Both the position numbers and the translations under genes were made by a program. Of a stretch of 56,295 bases of DNA, positions 24,817 through 34,675 are shown one piece after another. The notes under the pieces were generated by a model that was not told the origin of the DNA, did no database searches, and saw only the letters and a program-made list of their open reading frames with translations. Positions within the stretch are counted from its first letter, which is position 1; each line of letters begins with the position of its first letter. The DNA is from Clostridia bacterium. Lineage in GTDB: Bacteria > Bacillota > Clostridia > Oscillospirales > CAG-272. The stretch is taken from assembly GCA_017938425.1 (NCBI GenBank), contig JAGBBQ010000086.1:1-56295 (forward strand), in the 5' to 3' direction.

Positions 24817-26253
24817 ATGCAAATTCAGATGAATGAATTTTTGTTCTCAATGATCCTGACCGAGCTGGAGGATGCCGTGGGCAAGGAAAACTGCTCCGTG
24901 CGCCAGATCGACAAGGTCACCCACAGCGTGGACTACTATTGGCTCTCGCGCATGTGGGCGGATCGCGGCTGCCGTATGCCCGAGGCGGACTATATCGTTT
25001 GCCCCAAGGATGCGACCGAGGTCTCCAAGGTCGTGAAGATCGCGAACTACTATAAGCTTCCTGTGACCGTTTGGGGTGCGGGCGGCGGCACGCAGGGCGG
25101 CGCGATCCCCGTTTGCGGCGGCATTTTGCTTGACACCAAGAGAATGAACCAAATCTACGAGGTCAACACCGAGGGTATGTACATAGAGTGCGGTACGGGT
25201 GCGATCTACAAGCACATCGAGTGGGCCGCCAACGAGGTCGGCAAGGCAACGATGCACTACCCCTCCTCCCTTACCTGCTCCACCGTGGGCGGCTTCCTTG
25301 CGCACAGAGGCATCGGCGTTTGCTCCACGAAGTACGGCAAGATCGACGATATGGTGCTGAAGATGGAGGTCGTTCTCCCCAACGGTGATATTATCGAGAC
25401 CAGCCCCGCGCCCAAGCACGCGGCGGGCCCCGACCTGAACCAGATCTTTATCGGCTCGGAGGGCACGCTCGGCATCATCACCAAGGCGCAGATGCGCATT
25501 TACGATATGCCCGAGGAGCGCCGCTTCAGAGGATTCCTCTTCCAGGATATGCACGGCGCCTTCCAGGCATCGCGCGAGCTTCTGCAGAAGTTCAAGCCCT
25601 CGGTCATGCGCCTTTACGACGAGGCAGAGACCGCTTCGCTCATCAAGAAGATCGTCGGCGTGGCGCGCAAGGGCGCGTTTATGAACGTGGCCATCGAGGG
25701 CTGCCGCGAGCTCGTTGAGGTGGAGGAGAAGTTGCTTCTCGACACCTTCAAGAAGTACGGCGCCGAGGACCTTGGTAGCGAGTACGGCGAAAAGTGGTGG
25801 AAGGAGAAGATCACCTTCTTCTACCCCGGCCATATGATGGATATCCCCCAGATGTTCGGCACGATGGATACCATTGCACCCTACGGAAAGATCGAGGAGA
25901 TCTACTGGGCAATGAAGAACGCCATCGAATCGAACTTCCCGCAGGCGAAGTTCATCGCGCATTTCTCGCATTGGTATGAGTGGGGCGCGATGGTTTACGA
26001 CCGCTTCATCATCGACGGCAAGGACGTGCCGAAGGATCCCGTGGAGGCGCTGCGCCTGCACCAGGAGGTCTGGACCTGCGGTGTTCGCGCGGCACTTGCG
26101 CACGGCGGCGTCGTCAACGACCATCACGGCGTGGGCATCAAGCTCGGCCGCCTGATGAAGGAGCAGTACGGACCCGCAATGCAGGTATTTGAGGGACTGA
26201 AAAAGCAGTTAGACCCCAACGGTATTATGAATCCGTTCAAGCTGGGTCTTTGA
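24817..26253 (+). CDS. FAD-linked oxidase family protein (GlcD / alkyl-DHAP-synthase-like)
   Basis: FAD_binding_4-type N-terminal half (VCPKDATEVSKVVKIANYYKLPVTVWGAGGGTQGG) and a C-terminal NDHHGVGIKLG motif. RBS aaggag. Confidence 0.85.
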   Translation: MQIQMNEFLFSMILTELEDAVGKENCSVRQIDKVTHSVDYYWLSRMWADRGCRMPEADYIVCPKDATEVSKVVKIANYYKLPVTVWGAGGGTQGGAIPVCGGILLDTKRMNQIYEVNTEGMYIECGTGAIYKHIEWAANEVGKATMHYPSSLTCSTVGGFLAHRGIGVCSTKYGKIDDMVLKMEVVLPNGDIIETSPAPKHAAGPDLNQIFIGSEGTLGIITKAQMRIYDMPEERRFRGFLFQDMHGAFQASRELLQKFKPSVMRLYDEAETASLIKKIVGVARKGAFMNVAIEGCRELVEVEEKLLLDTFKKYGAEDLGSEYGEKWWKEKITFFYPGHMMDIPQMFGTMDTIAPYGKIEEIYWAMKNAIESNFPQAKFIAHFSHWYEWGAMVYDRFIIDGKDVPKDPVEALRLHQEVWTCGVRAALAHGGVVNDHHGVGIKLGRLMKEQYGPAMQVFEGLKKQLDPNGIMNPFKLGL

Positions 26254-26269
26254 TAGGAGGTAGAGTGAA

Positions 26270-27355
26270 ATGATGATGTCTGAAAAGTGCAAGCAGCACG
26301 TTGATTCCTGCCGTTTTTGCTGGATGTGCCATCACATCTGCCCCATCGGCAATGCGACCGGCCACGAGAGAAGCACGCCCCGCGCAAGAGCGCTCGGTAT
26401 CTCTCTCGTAAACAGAGGCGCGATCGAGCTCTCCGAGATCATGGATAATATTTACGAGTGCGCGGGCTGTGGCGCCTGCGTGCACGATTGCGTGACGGGA
26501 TGGGATCCCGTAATGTTCACCAAGGAGGTCAGAATGCAGGCGGCGCTGGAGGACCGGCTGCCGGATTATATCGGCAAGATGGTGGATGCCTGCCTCGAGA
26601 CCGGAAACGCCTACGGCAAGACCGTGCTTTGCGAAAGACTCAGCGCGAAGATCGCAGAGCACAGCGCTCCCACCGATACCCTTCTCTTCCTCGGCGCGGA
26701 TGCGCGCTATATGGCCTGCAAACAGGCAGCACAGGCGATCGAGGTGCTGGAGAAGGCCGGCGTTCGCTTTACCGTGCTTGCCGACGAGCCCGCCTCGGGC
26801 GCACAGATGGATTTTCTCGTCGGCGCGATCGAGGAGACGAAGGAGCAGATGGCCGCTGCCGCCAAGGCGATGAACGGCTACAAGACCGTGGTCCTCTACG
26901 ATCCCTTCGATGCAAAGGCCGTGAAGCAGACCTATCACGAATACGGCGTGGAGCTTAGCGCCTCCGCCGTGACCTATACCGCCTTCCTTGCAGAGCTTGT
27001 GAAGAGCGGCGCGCTGAAGGCTGAGAAAAAGCTTGGCGCCGTCGTTTTGCAGGATGCCTTCCAGCTCTCCCGCGACCTCGGCGAGACCGAGGAGGCAAGA
27101 GCTGTCGTTTCGGCATTTGCGGAGCTGCACGAGATGCATCTCAACCGCGCCGAGACCGTATGGGCAGGCAATATTCTGATGGCACAGTACATTCCCGACG
27201 TAATGAAGCTCGTTGCGAAAAGAAGAATTTTCAATGCAAAGAGCCTTGGAGAGGATACGATCGTGACCACCTCCGTTTCCGAATACGTTTCGCTGAAGAA
27301 CGCGGAGGACGAGGGCGTTAAGATCCTTTCTCTTGAGGACCTGATTCTCGCTTAA
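26270..27355 (+). CDS. (Fe-S)-binding protein, GlcF/GlpC/HdrD-like partner of the FAD oxidase
   Basis: Two cluster motifs, CRFCWMCHHICP and CAGCGACVHDC, followed by a Cys-containing CCG-like domain. RBS aggagg. Confidence 0.75.
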   Translation: MMMSEKCKQHVDSCRFCWMCHHICPIGNATGHERSTPRARALGISLVNRGAIELSEIMDNIYECAGCGACVHDCVTGWDPVMFTKEVRMQAALEDRLPDYIGKMVDACLETGNAYGKTVLCERLSAKIAEHSAPTDTLLFLGADARYMACKQAAQAIEVLEKAGVRFTVLADEPASGAQMDFLVGAIEETKEQMAAAAKAMNGYKTVVLYDPFDAKAVKQTYHEYGVELSASAVTYTAFLAELVKSGALKAEKKLGAVVLQDAFQLSRDLGETEEARAVVSAFAELHEMHLNRAETVWAGNILMAQYIPDVMKLVAKRRIFNAKSLGEDTIVTTSVSEYVSLKNAEDEGVKILSLEDLILA

Positions 27356-27366
27356 GGAGGCACAAA

Positions 27367-28206
27367 ATGTTAGTCAATTTGCAAACGATCATTGATATGG
27401 CGGAAAAGGGCGGCTATTGCATCCCCGCCTTCAACGTTTATAATACCGAAACCGTGATGGGCGTGATCGACGCCGCAGAGCAGGAGAGAGCCCCCGTGAT
27501 CATTCAGATCTACCCCCGACTGATCAACGAGGCGGTCGGCTTCTATATCGCACCTGCGGTCGTTGCGGCGGCAAGACGCGCGAGCGTTCCCGTTTGCTTC
27601 CATCTCGACCACGGCGCGGGCATCCCCGAGGTCAGCCGCAGCCTTTACTGGGGCGCGACCGGCATTATGCGCGACGCCTCCACCGAGGATTTTGAAAACA
27701 ACGTGCGCAAAACGCGCGAGGTCGTGGAGCTTTGCGCGCCCCTCGGCATCGGCGTGGAGGGCGAGCTCGGCCACATCGGCAGCGTGAACGATGCCGAGAT
27801 GGACGAATTCACGAGTCCCGAGGAGGCGGGCGAATTCGTGCGCCGTACGGGCGTTTGCTGCCTCGCGGTGCTGGTCGGCAACGCGCACGGCCACTACAAG
27901 AAGCCCCCGAAGCTGGATATTGAGCGCATCCGCAGGATCCGCGAGACCACGGGCGGCATTCCGCTCGTGCTGCACGGCGGCTCCGGCATTCCCGACGAGG
28001 AGGTCAAGGCGGCGATCGCGGCGGGCATCCGCAAGATGAACATCGGCACGGACGTTTGCTGTGCCTTTGCCGACGGCACCAAGGCGGCGCTCGACGATCC
28101 CAAGAGAAGCATCGGCGTTGACGTATTTATGAAGCGCGCGATCGAGAGCGTGAAGGCGCTTGCCGTAGAAAAGATCAGGCTCGTGGGAGCGGACGGTAAG
28201 GCGTGA
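27367..28206 (+). CDS. Class II ketose-bisphosphate aldolase family protein (FBA / tagatose-1,6-bisphosphate KbaY / IolJ type)
   Basis: YCIPAFNVYN, FHLDHG, GELGHIG and LVLHGGSG motifs of the class II aldolase family. Confidence 0.88.
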   Translation: MLVNLQTIIDMAEKGGYCIPAFNVYNTETVMGVIDAAEQERAPVIIQIYPRLINEAVGFYIAPAVVAAARRASVPVCFHLDHGAGIPEVSRSLYWGATGIMRDASTEDFENNVRKTREVVELCAPLGIGVEGELGHIGSVNDAEMDEFTSPEEAGEFVRRTGVCCLAVLVGNAHGHYKKPPKLDIERIRRIRETTGGIPLVLHGGSGIPDEEVKAAIAAGIRKMNIGTDVCCAFADGTKAALDDPKRSIGVDVFMKRAIESVKALAVEKIRLVGADGKA

Positions 28207-29120
28207 TGAAGAAAAGAATCGTTGCGATCGGTGCCTGCGTTGCCGACACGCTGATGACCCTGCCGCACTTCCCGAAGGAGGACTCGAAGCTGCGCGCCCT
28301 CGCAAGCAAGACGGCAGGCGGCGGACCTGCGGCGACCGGTCTCGTTGCCGCCGCAAGGCTCGGCGCGGACGCGGCCTTTATCGGCAATCTCTCCTCGGAT
28401 GCCTCGGGCGCGTTTCTGCTCGCAGATTTTAAAAAATACGGCGTTTCGACCGAGCACATCCGCGTGCTAGACGGATACCGCTCCTTCTGCTCGGTGATCT
28501 GGCTTTCCGAGGAAAGCGCCAGCCGCACCTGCGTTTTTGACCGCGGTGATCTGCCGCCGCTCACCCTGACGGATGCGGCGCGTACGGCGATAAAGGATGC
28601 CGCGATCCTGATGGTGGACGGAAACGATATGGATGCCGCCGTGGAGGCGGCACGCCACGCAAGGGAGAGCGGCACGGCGGTGCTTTACGACTGTGGCGGT
28701 CTTTACGAGGGCGTTTTTCGTCTGCTCGCTCTGACCGATATTATGATCCCCTCCGAGGAATTCGCGCTCGGGCACACGGGCGAGAGGGATGCCGAGGCGG
28801 CGGCAAAAAAGCTTTTTGCGCTTTATTCCCCCCGCGTGGTCGTGATCACGCAGGGCAGCCGCGGCGGCCTCATCTACGACGGCGAGAGCCTCACACGCTA
28901 CCCCGTCTTCCCCGTTAAGGTCAAGGACTCGAACGGCTCGGGTGACGTTTTTCACGGCGCCTTCGCCTTCGGACTTACCAAGGGCTATTCTTATGAAAAA
29001 TGCGCACGCTTTGCAAGCGCCGTTTCCGCCCTCAAATGCACGGGCGTCGGCGCAAGAGAGAGCGTTCCCTCTTTTGAGAGAGTTTTGGAATTTTTAAAGG
29101 AGAACGATTATGAGCTTTAA
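28206..29120 (+). CDS. PfkB-family carbohydrate kinase
   Basis: Ribokinase-like fold: GGGPAATGLVAAARLG near the N-terminus and the C-terminal DSNGSGDVFHGAF (DTxGAGD-type) motif. TGATG overlap with the aldolase stop. Confidence 0.88.
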   Translation: MKKRIVAIGACVADTLMTLPHFPKEDSKLRALASKTAGGGPAATGLVAAARLGADAAFIGNLSSDASGAFLLADFKKYGVSTEHIRVLDGYRSFCSVIWLSEESASRTCVFDRGDLPPLTLTDAARTAIKDAAILMVDGNDMDAAVEAARHARESGTAVLYDCGGLYEGVFRLLALTDIMIPSEEFALGHTGERDAEAAAKKLFALYSPRVVVITQGSRGGLIYDGESLTRYPVFPVKVKDSNGSGDVFHGAFAFGLTKGYSYEKCARFASAVSALKCTGVGARESVPSFERVLEFLKENDYEL

Positions 29121-29898
29121 GAAAAAATATGAAAAGGCCACAGGCTATACCCCCATCTGCAAGATCGGCGAATGCTCCTTAAAGAAGCTGGAGTTCGGCA
29201 TCATCGAGCTGGAGGCAGGACAGTCCGTTGACTACTGCACTGAGGATAAGGAGACCGCCTTCATCCTGCTTTACGGACACTGCGACGTTGCGTACGCAGG
29301 CGGAAAATTCGAGAATATCGGTAACAGAAGCACCGTGTTTGAAAACAGAAGAGCCGAGAGCTTTTATATGCCCCGTGATATGAAGCTGACCGTGACGGCG
29401 CGCGATCATCTGAAGATCGCCGTTTGCGCGACTCCCATCGCGGAGGCGACCGAGCCGCAGGTTCTGCGCGAGGACCACGTTGCCCTCAAGCTGCTCGGCA
29501 GAGTTCCCTTCCAGAGAGAGACCAGCTTTATCATCGACGGCAATTCCAACGCCAAGATCCTCACCGTGGGTGAGGCTTACACCACCGAGGGCAACTGGGC
29601 AGGCTTCCCGCCCCACAAGCACGACGAGGACAATATGCCGACCGAATGCGTCGCGGAGGAGATCTATTACTTCCTCTTCGAGCCCGAGCAGGGCTTCGCC
29701 GTGCAGTGCCTTTACACCTCGGACGGCGAGATCGACGAGGCGTACCGCGTAAAGAACGACGAGCTTGTCGAATTCCCGCGCGGCTATCACTCCACCGTCT
29801 CCACCCCCGGCTACAAGACCTATTTCCTCTGGCTGATGGCGGGCGATTATCAGGGCTTCAACCGCTCTAATGATCCGGAGCACGACTGGATAAAGTAA
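29110..29898 (+). CDS. iolB: 5-deoxy-glucuronate isomerase (IolB) family cupin protein
   Basis: FPPHKHDEDNMPTECVAEEIYYF ... GYHSTVSTPGYKTYFLWLMAG matches the IolB family pattern. Confidence 0.8.
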   Translation: MSFKKKYEKATGYTPICKIGECSLKKLEFGIIELEAGQSVDYCTEDKETAFILLYGHCDVAYAGGKFENIGNRSTVFENRRAESFYMPRDMKLTVTARDHLKIAVCATPIAEATEPQVLREDHVALKLLGRVPFQRETSFIIDGNSNAKILTVGEAYTTEGNWAGFPPHKHDEDNMPTECVAEEIYYFLFEPEQGFAVQCLYTSDGEIDEAYRVKNDELVEFPRGYHSTVSTPGYKTYFLWLMAGDYQGFNRSNDPEHDWIK

Positions 29899-29901
29899 AC
29901 A

Positions 29902-30930
29902 ATGATTGTCAAATTCAAGGAAAATCGCGTCAGACGCGCGTATATCGGCGGCGCACGGATCGACCGCTTTGTCGGAAAGAGCGATGCACGGGACGGAAGA
30001 TATCCCGAGGAATGGCTCGCCTCGACGGTGGAGGCCTTCAACCCCGATATGCCGAAGGCGGGCGAGGGAATTTCCTATACGGAGGAGGGCGAGAGCTTTA
30101 GCACGCTTCTTGAAAGAGACGGCGAGCGGCTGCTCGGTAAGAATGCCTATCTTTCTGACAGCGGCAAGCCCTCCCTGCTCGTCAAGCTCCTCGATTCCGC
30201 GGAGAGACTCGTGATACAGTGCCATCCGACGGTGGAATTTGCAAGGGAGCGCATGGGCTCTCCCTTCGGCAAGACCGAATGCTGGTACATCCTCGACGCA
30301 GAGCCCGATGCCACGGTGTATCTCGGCTTTAAGGAGGGGATCACGAGGGAGCGCTGGGAGGCGCTCTTCCGCGCGCAGGACGTGGACGGAATGCTCGCCT
30401 GCCTGCATCAGTTCCCCGTCAAGGCGGGAGATCTCTGGTTCGTGGCGGGCGGCGTGCCGCACGCGATCGGCGGCGGCTCCTTTATGATCGAGCTGCAGGA
30501 GCCGAGCGATCTGATGGTGATCCCCGAGCGCGTGACGCCCTCGGGCGTGACGCTGGCGGACGCAAAGCTGCACGGCGGTCTCGGCTTCGACGGAATGTTC
30601 GACGTATTTAACTATGAGGGGCTTTCCGAGGATGAGACGCGTGAGCGCTACTTCCGTCATCCCGAGCGAAAAGAAAACCAAACGGTTCCGATCGTGGATG
30701 CTTCCTTAACGGATAAGTTTTCCATGTCGCGCATCCGCGTGTCGGGCAGGGCAAAGACGGATCTTTCCGATTCGTATGCGGTTGCTGTTGTCACGGAAGG
30801 AAACGGAACGGTTCTTTCGGACGGAAAGCAAATTCCCCTGAAAAAAGGAGATAATTTCTTCGTGAGCGCGTGCACAGGACCTCTTTATATGGAAGGAAAT
30901 ATGGAGCTTGTCCTTTGCATCAGCCATTGA
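29902..30930 (+). CDS. Type I phosphomannose isomerase-like protein (cupin)
   Basis: LVIQCHP ... GKTECWYILDA ... VPHAIGGGSFMIELQEPSD, matching the ManA class I zinc-site motifs. Confidence 0.8.
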   Translation: MIVKFKENRVRRAYIGGARIDRFVGKSDARDGRYPEEWLASTVEAFNPDMPKAGEGISYTEEGESFSTLLERDGERLLGKNAYLSDSGKPSLLVKLLDSAERLVIQCHPTVEFARERMGSPFGKTECWYILDAEPDATVYLGFKEGITRERWEALFRAQDVDGMLACLHQFPVKAGDLWFVAGGVPHAIGGGSFMIELQEPSDLMVIPERVTPSGVTLADAKLHGGLGFDGMFDVFNYEGLSEDETRERYFRHPERKENQTVPIVDASLTDKFSMSRIRVSGRAKTDLSDSYAVAVVTEGNGTVLSDGKQIPLKKGDNFFVSACTGPLYMEGNMELVLCISH

Positions 30931-30948
30931 TAGAAAAAGGAAATATAA

Positions 30949-32631
30949 ATGGAACACATAGAAAGTAAAGCGCGAGAGCTTTCTCTTGATTTTCTTGAAA
31001 ACGAGAAGCAATACAGGCTCGGCTTCGTGGAGGCGGAGCAGCCGAATCCGAAAACGAAGGGGCTTGGCGAGATTACCGTGAAGGATACTGAGGCGGGTGT
31101 CCGTATGCTCCTTTCGGTGGATGAGGATCTTATCGGTCTTTTTGAAAAAACGCTTTTTTCGGAGCGGTTTGACAATTTTTTCGATGCGGTTTTAAATACG
31201 CTGAAAAACCGAAAGCGTGTCTTTATCTCCGGATGCGGCGCCTCGGGCAGACTTTCCATGCGGCTGGAAGCCTCCTTCCGCCAAGCGGTCAAGGCTTGCG
31301 CCGAGAAGGATCCCGCGATGCGATCGTATGAAAATAGCGTGCTCGAGATCATGACGGGCGGAGATTATGCGATCATCCGCTCGGTGGAGTCCTTTGAGGA
31401 CTATACGGAGCTCGGATGCGCGCAGGCAAGGGATATGAGGGTAGAAAGCGGCGATCTTCTGATCGGCGTCACCGCCACGGGAGAAACCACCTCGATTCTC
31501 GGCACGGCCAAGCAAGCGCTTGCAAGCGGCGCAAGGGTGTGGATGGTGATCTGCTCGGATCCCCGGAGCATCATCGGCAAGCTTGCGCGTGTGGATGCCG
31601 TGTTCACGCACAAAAACTGCGAAAGCCTCTATATGAAGTGCGGCGGTATGGCGCTCACGGGTTCAACGCGAATGCAGTCTTCCACAATTGAGCAGGCGAT
31701 CATCGGTGCGGCCTTGGAGCTTTCGCTGGATGCCTTGCTCGGGAAAAAAGAGACTGTGCAGGAGAAAAAATCCGCGCTCGCCCACGGCTTTGCGCAGTGC
31801 ATCGCAATGCTCGGCACGGAGAAGAACGTGAAAACAGCGGTGCGGCAGATCGAGACGGAGACCGCGCTCTATGAAAACGGCGGTCACGTGACCTATTTTG
31901 CGGATGAATATCTTCTGGACGTTCTCGCCGATACGACCGAGAGAACGCCAACCTTCACAACGCCGCCCTTCCGTCCGCAAAAAAACAAAAATGCACCGCT
32001 TTCCTGGGCATTTGTGAAAAATCCCTTTCTCGATACGGTCAGCGCCTGGCGCTCCTGCTTTGAGAGAGTGCCGAGATGCTTGAACAGAAGTGAGGCGGAG
32101 TACCGTGATCTCGGCATTAAAGAGGCGGATATCCAAAGGATTCCTCGCATTTCCTTGGATGCGTTATATGAATTTGAGATCGGCAACGAGCCGGATCTTG
32201 AGCGTGAGGGCGAAAATACGCTTTGCACCTGGGTTGGCTACGGAGAGGAAGCGCCGAAAGAATTTTTCGAAAAATCCAAAGGATTTGCTGCCGCATCCGT
32301 TTGGACGCTTGGCGATACGGAGCTTTTAACGGTGCAAACGCAGATGAAGCTCTTTGAGCATCTTGCTATGAAAATGATGCTGAACTCGGTTTCCACCCTG
32401 ACGATGGCAAAGCTCGGCAAAATCCGCGGCAACTATATGGTGCATCTCAATATCAGCAACAAAAAGCTGGTGGACAGAGCCACGCGCATGATCGCCGATC
32501 TTTGCGGCGTGGATTACGAAACGGCAAGTTACGAGCTGTTTTACAGCAAGCTTCTTTTGGAAAAGCTCGGGAAATCGACCTCGACAACGGTTGAGACCAT
32601 AGACAGGCTCGGGCAAAAATCGGGCAAATAA
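30949..32631 (+). CDS. MurQ/GCKR-family SIS-domain protein of extended (560 aa) architecture
   Basis: MurQ-like blocks FISGCGASGRLSMRLEAS, GGDYAIIRSVESFED, IGVTATGETTS and LTGSTRMQSSTIEQ. About 250 extra residues follow before the MurQ-like C-terminal block NYMVHLNISNKKLVDRATRMIADLCGVDYETA. Confidence 0.65.
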   Translation: MEHIESKARELSLDFLENEKQYRLGFVEAEQPNPKTKGLGEITVKDTEAGVRMLLSVDEDLIGLFEKTLFSERFDNFFDAVLNTLKNRKRVFISGCGASGRLSMRLEASFRQAVKACAEKDPAMRSYENSVLEIMTGGDYAIIRSVESFEDYTELGCAQARDMRVESGDLLIGVTATGETTSILGTAKQALASGARVWMVICSDPRSIIGKLARVDAVFTHKNCESLYMKCGGMALTGSTRMQSSTIEQAIIGAALELSLDALLGKKETVQEKKSALAHGFAQCIAMLGTEKNVKTAVRQIETETALYENGGHVTYFADEYLLDVLADTTERTPTFTTPPFRPQKNKNAPLSWAFVKNPFLDTVSAWRSCFERVPRCLNRSEAEYRDLGIKEADIQRIPRISLDALYEFEIGNEPDLEREGENTLCTWVGYGEEAPKEFFEKSKGFAAASVWTLGDTELLTVQTQMKLFEHLAMKMMLNSVSTLTMAKLGKIRGNYMVHLNISNKKLVDRATRMIADLCGVDYETASYELFYSKLLLEKLGKSTSTTVETIDRLGQKSGK

Positions 32632-32653
32632 TGATTTTGGGAAGATAGATAAA

Positions 32654-33844
32654 ATGAAAAGAGATTTCAGCTTATACGCAAAGGAATTTGAGGACGTTTT
32701 GCTCGGCAATTTCGTGCCGTTCTGGACAAAATTCTCTCCCGACAAGGAATACGGCGGCTATCTTTGCGGCTTTATGCGGGACGGAGAGCTTTTCCTTGAG
32801 GATAAATCCGTCTGGCAGCAGGGGCGCAGCCTCTGGATGTTCTCCAAGCTATACAACGAGTTCGGCGGCAAGGCGGAATGGCTCGCGGCGGCAAAATGCG
32901 GCTACGACTTCATCAATAAATACTGCTTTGCCGAAAACGGACATATGTATTTCCGCGTGACGCGCGACGGAAAGCCCCTCGTGGAGCGCCGCTATTACTT
33001 CTCCGAGGCGTTCGCCGTGATGGGCTACGCCGAATACTACAAGGCAACCGGCCTTGCCGAGGCAAAGGAGAAGGCGATCGCGCTCTTCGACAAAATGATC
33101 TATTACTACACCTCGCCCGGCGTTTTCACCCCGAAGGTGAATCCCGAGACCCGCAAAAACCGCGGCCACAGCATCGTGATGATCATGATGAACGTGGCAC
33201 AGACCGTGCGCGAGATCCACGCGGACGAGAAATACGATGCGCTGATCACCGATTGCTTGAACACGATCACCTCCATGTTTATCAAGGAGGAGGAAAAGGC
33301 ACTTTTCGAGACCGTAGGTGCGGACGGTGAGCGGCTCAACTCCCCCGAGGGGCGCCTCATCAATCCCGGGCATAGCATGGAGACTGCCTGGTTTATGATG
33401 AAGGAGGCGATCCACAGAAAGGACAAGGCGCTGATGGAGCGCTGCATGCAGGTGCTGCTCTGGTCACTGGATCTCGGATGGGATAAGGAGATGGACGGCA
33501 TCCTCTACTTCGTTGACGTGGAGGGAAAGCCCGTGACGAGCCTTGAATGGGATATGAAGCTCTTCTGGCCGCACTGCGAGGCGATGATCGCGCTGGCGAT
33601 CTCCTACCTCTATACGAGAGATGAAAAATATATGGTCTGGTTCGATCGGATCAAGGAATACGTATGGGCGCACTTCCCCGACGAGGGGCATCCCGAATGG
33701 TTCGGGCATCTGCACCGCGACGGCACGCCGATCAACACCATCAAGGGCTCGGACTGGAAGGGTCCCTTCCATAACGTACGTGCCTTTATGCTGCTCACGC
33801 AGATCTTCAAAGCAATCGGCGAAAATAAGTCCTTGGGCTTTTAA
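32654..33844 (+). CDS. AGE-family epimerase/isomerase (N-acylglucosamine 2-epimerase / cellobiose 2-epimerase-like)
   Basis: (alpha/alpha)6 family blocks: FWTKFSPDKEYGGY, VWQQGRSLWMF, INPGHSMETAWFMM, FWPHCEAMIA, EWFGHLHRDG. Confidence 0.85.
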   Translation: MKRDFSLYAKEFEDVLLGNFVPFWTKFSPDKEYGGYLCGFMRDGELFLEDKSVWQQGRSLWMFSKLYNEFGGKAEWLAAAKCGYDFINKYCFAENGHMYFRVTRDGKPLVERRYYFSEAFAVMGYAEYYKATGLAEAKEKAIALFDKMIYYYTSPGVFTPKVNPETRKNRGHSIVMIMMNVAQTVREIHADEKYDALITDCLNTITSMFIKEEEKALFETVGADGERLNSPEGRLINPGHSMETAWFMMKEAIHRKDKALMERCMQVLLWSLDLGWDKEMDGILYFVDVEGKPVTSLEWDMKLFWPHCEAMIALAISYLYTRDEKYMVWFDRIKEYVWAHFPDEGHPEWFGHLHRDGTPINTIKGSDWKGPFHNVRAFMLLTQIFKAIGENKSLGF

Positions 33845-33864
33845 TTCTATAAGGAGAAGCGAAA

Positions 33865-34662
33865 ATGGAAACAAAGATTAACAATATCCGCATTAAAAGC
33901 GTACCGAGCGAGTGGGACGTATATTTTGATATGGCGCTCGTGATGCTCGACGAAATTATGAAAAACAACGCGGCCGGCAAGAAAACGGTGATGATCGTGC
34001 CCGTCGGCCCGACACAGCAATACCCCATTCTCGCAAGGCTTGTAAACCAGCTGCGCGTGCCGCTGCACGACGTTCATTTCTTCAACATGGACGAATATCT
34101 CGTCTCCCCCTCCGAGGAGGTGGCTTATACCGATCCCATCAGCTTCCACTACCGTATGCAGCACGAATTCTACGATCTCGTGGACAAGGAGCTCGTGATG
34201 CCCGAATCGCAGCGCCACTTCCCGAAGCCCGGCTGCGAGGCAGAATACGATGCGCTGATCGAGGCGCTCGGCGGCGTGGACCTCTGCCTTGGCGGCCTTG
34301 GCATCAACGGTCATCTCGCCTTCAACGAGCCGCCCGAGGCAGACTGCCCGATGAGCGCAGAGGCCTTCGGCGCGCTCGGCACGCGCGTGCTTCCCATCTC
34401 CCGCGAAACCAAGACCATCAACGCCTACGGCTATCAACGCGGCGACCTGCGCGGTATGCCCGAATGGTGCATCACCGTCGGTATGAAGCAGATCCTCGCG
34501 TCAAAGCGCGTATACATCGCGCTCAACCGCCCCTGGCAGCACGGCATCTTCAAGCACGTGATCGGTGATACGCCCACCGCGGCGATCCCCGCAAGCCTTT
34601 TGCAGAGACACGGCGACGTTCTCTTCTGCGCGGCGGCGGACATTCTCGAAGGACTTTTCTGA
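33865..34662 (+). CDS. Glucosamine-6-phosphate deaminase (NagB)-family protein, copy 1
   Basis: FFNMDEY ... LGGLGINGHLAFNEP ... TVGMKQILASKRVYI, the NagB/6-phosphogluconolactonase fold signature. Confidence 0.85.
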   Translation: METKINNIRIKSVPSEWDVYFDMALVMLDEIMKNNAAGKKTVMIVPVGPTQQYPILARLVNQLRVPLHDVHFFNMDEYLVSPSEEVAYTDPISFHYRMQHEFYDLVDKELVMPESQRHFPKPGCEAEYDALIEALGGVDLCLGGLGINGHLAFNEPPEADCPMSAEAFGALGTRVLPISRETKTINAYGYQRGDLRGMPEWCITVGMKQILASKRVYIALNRPWQHGIFKHVIGDTPTAAIPASLLQRHGDVLFCAAADILEGLF

Positions 34663-34675
34663 CAGAGGATAAAAA

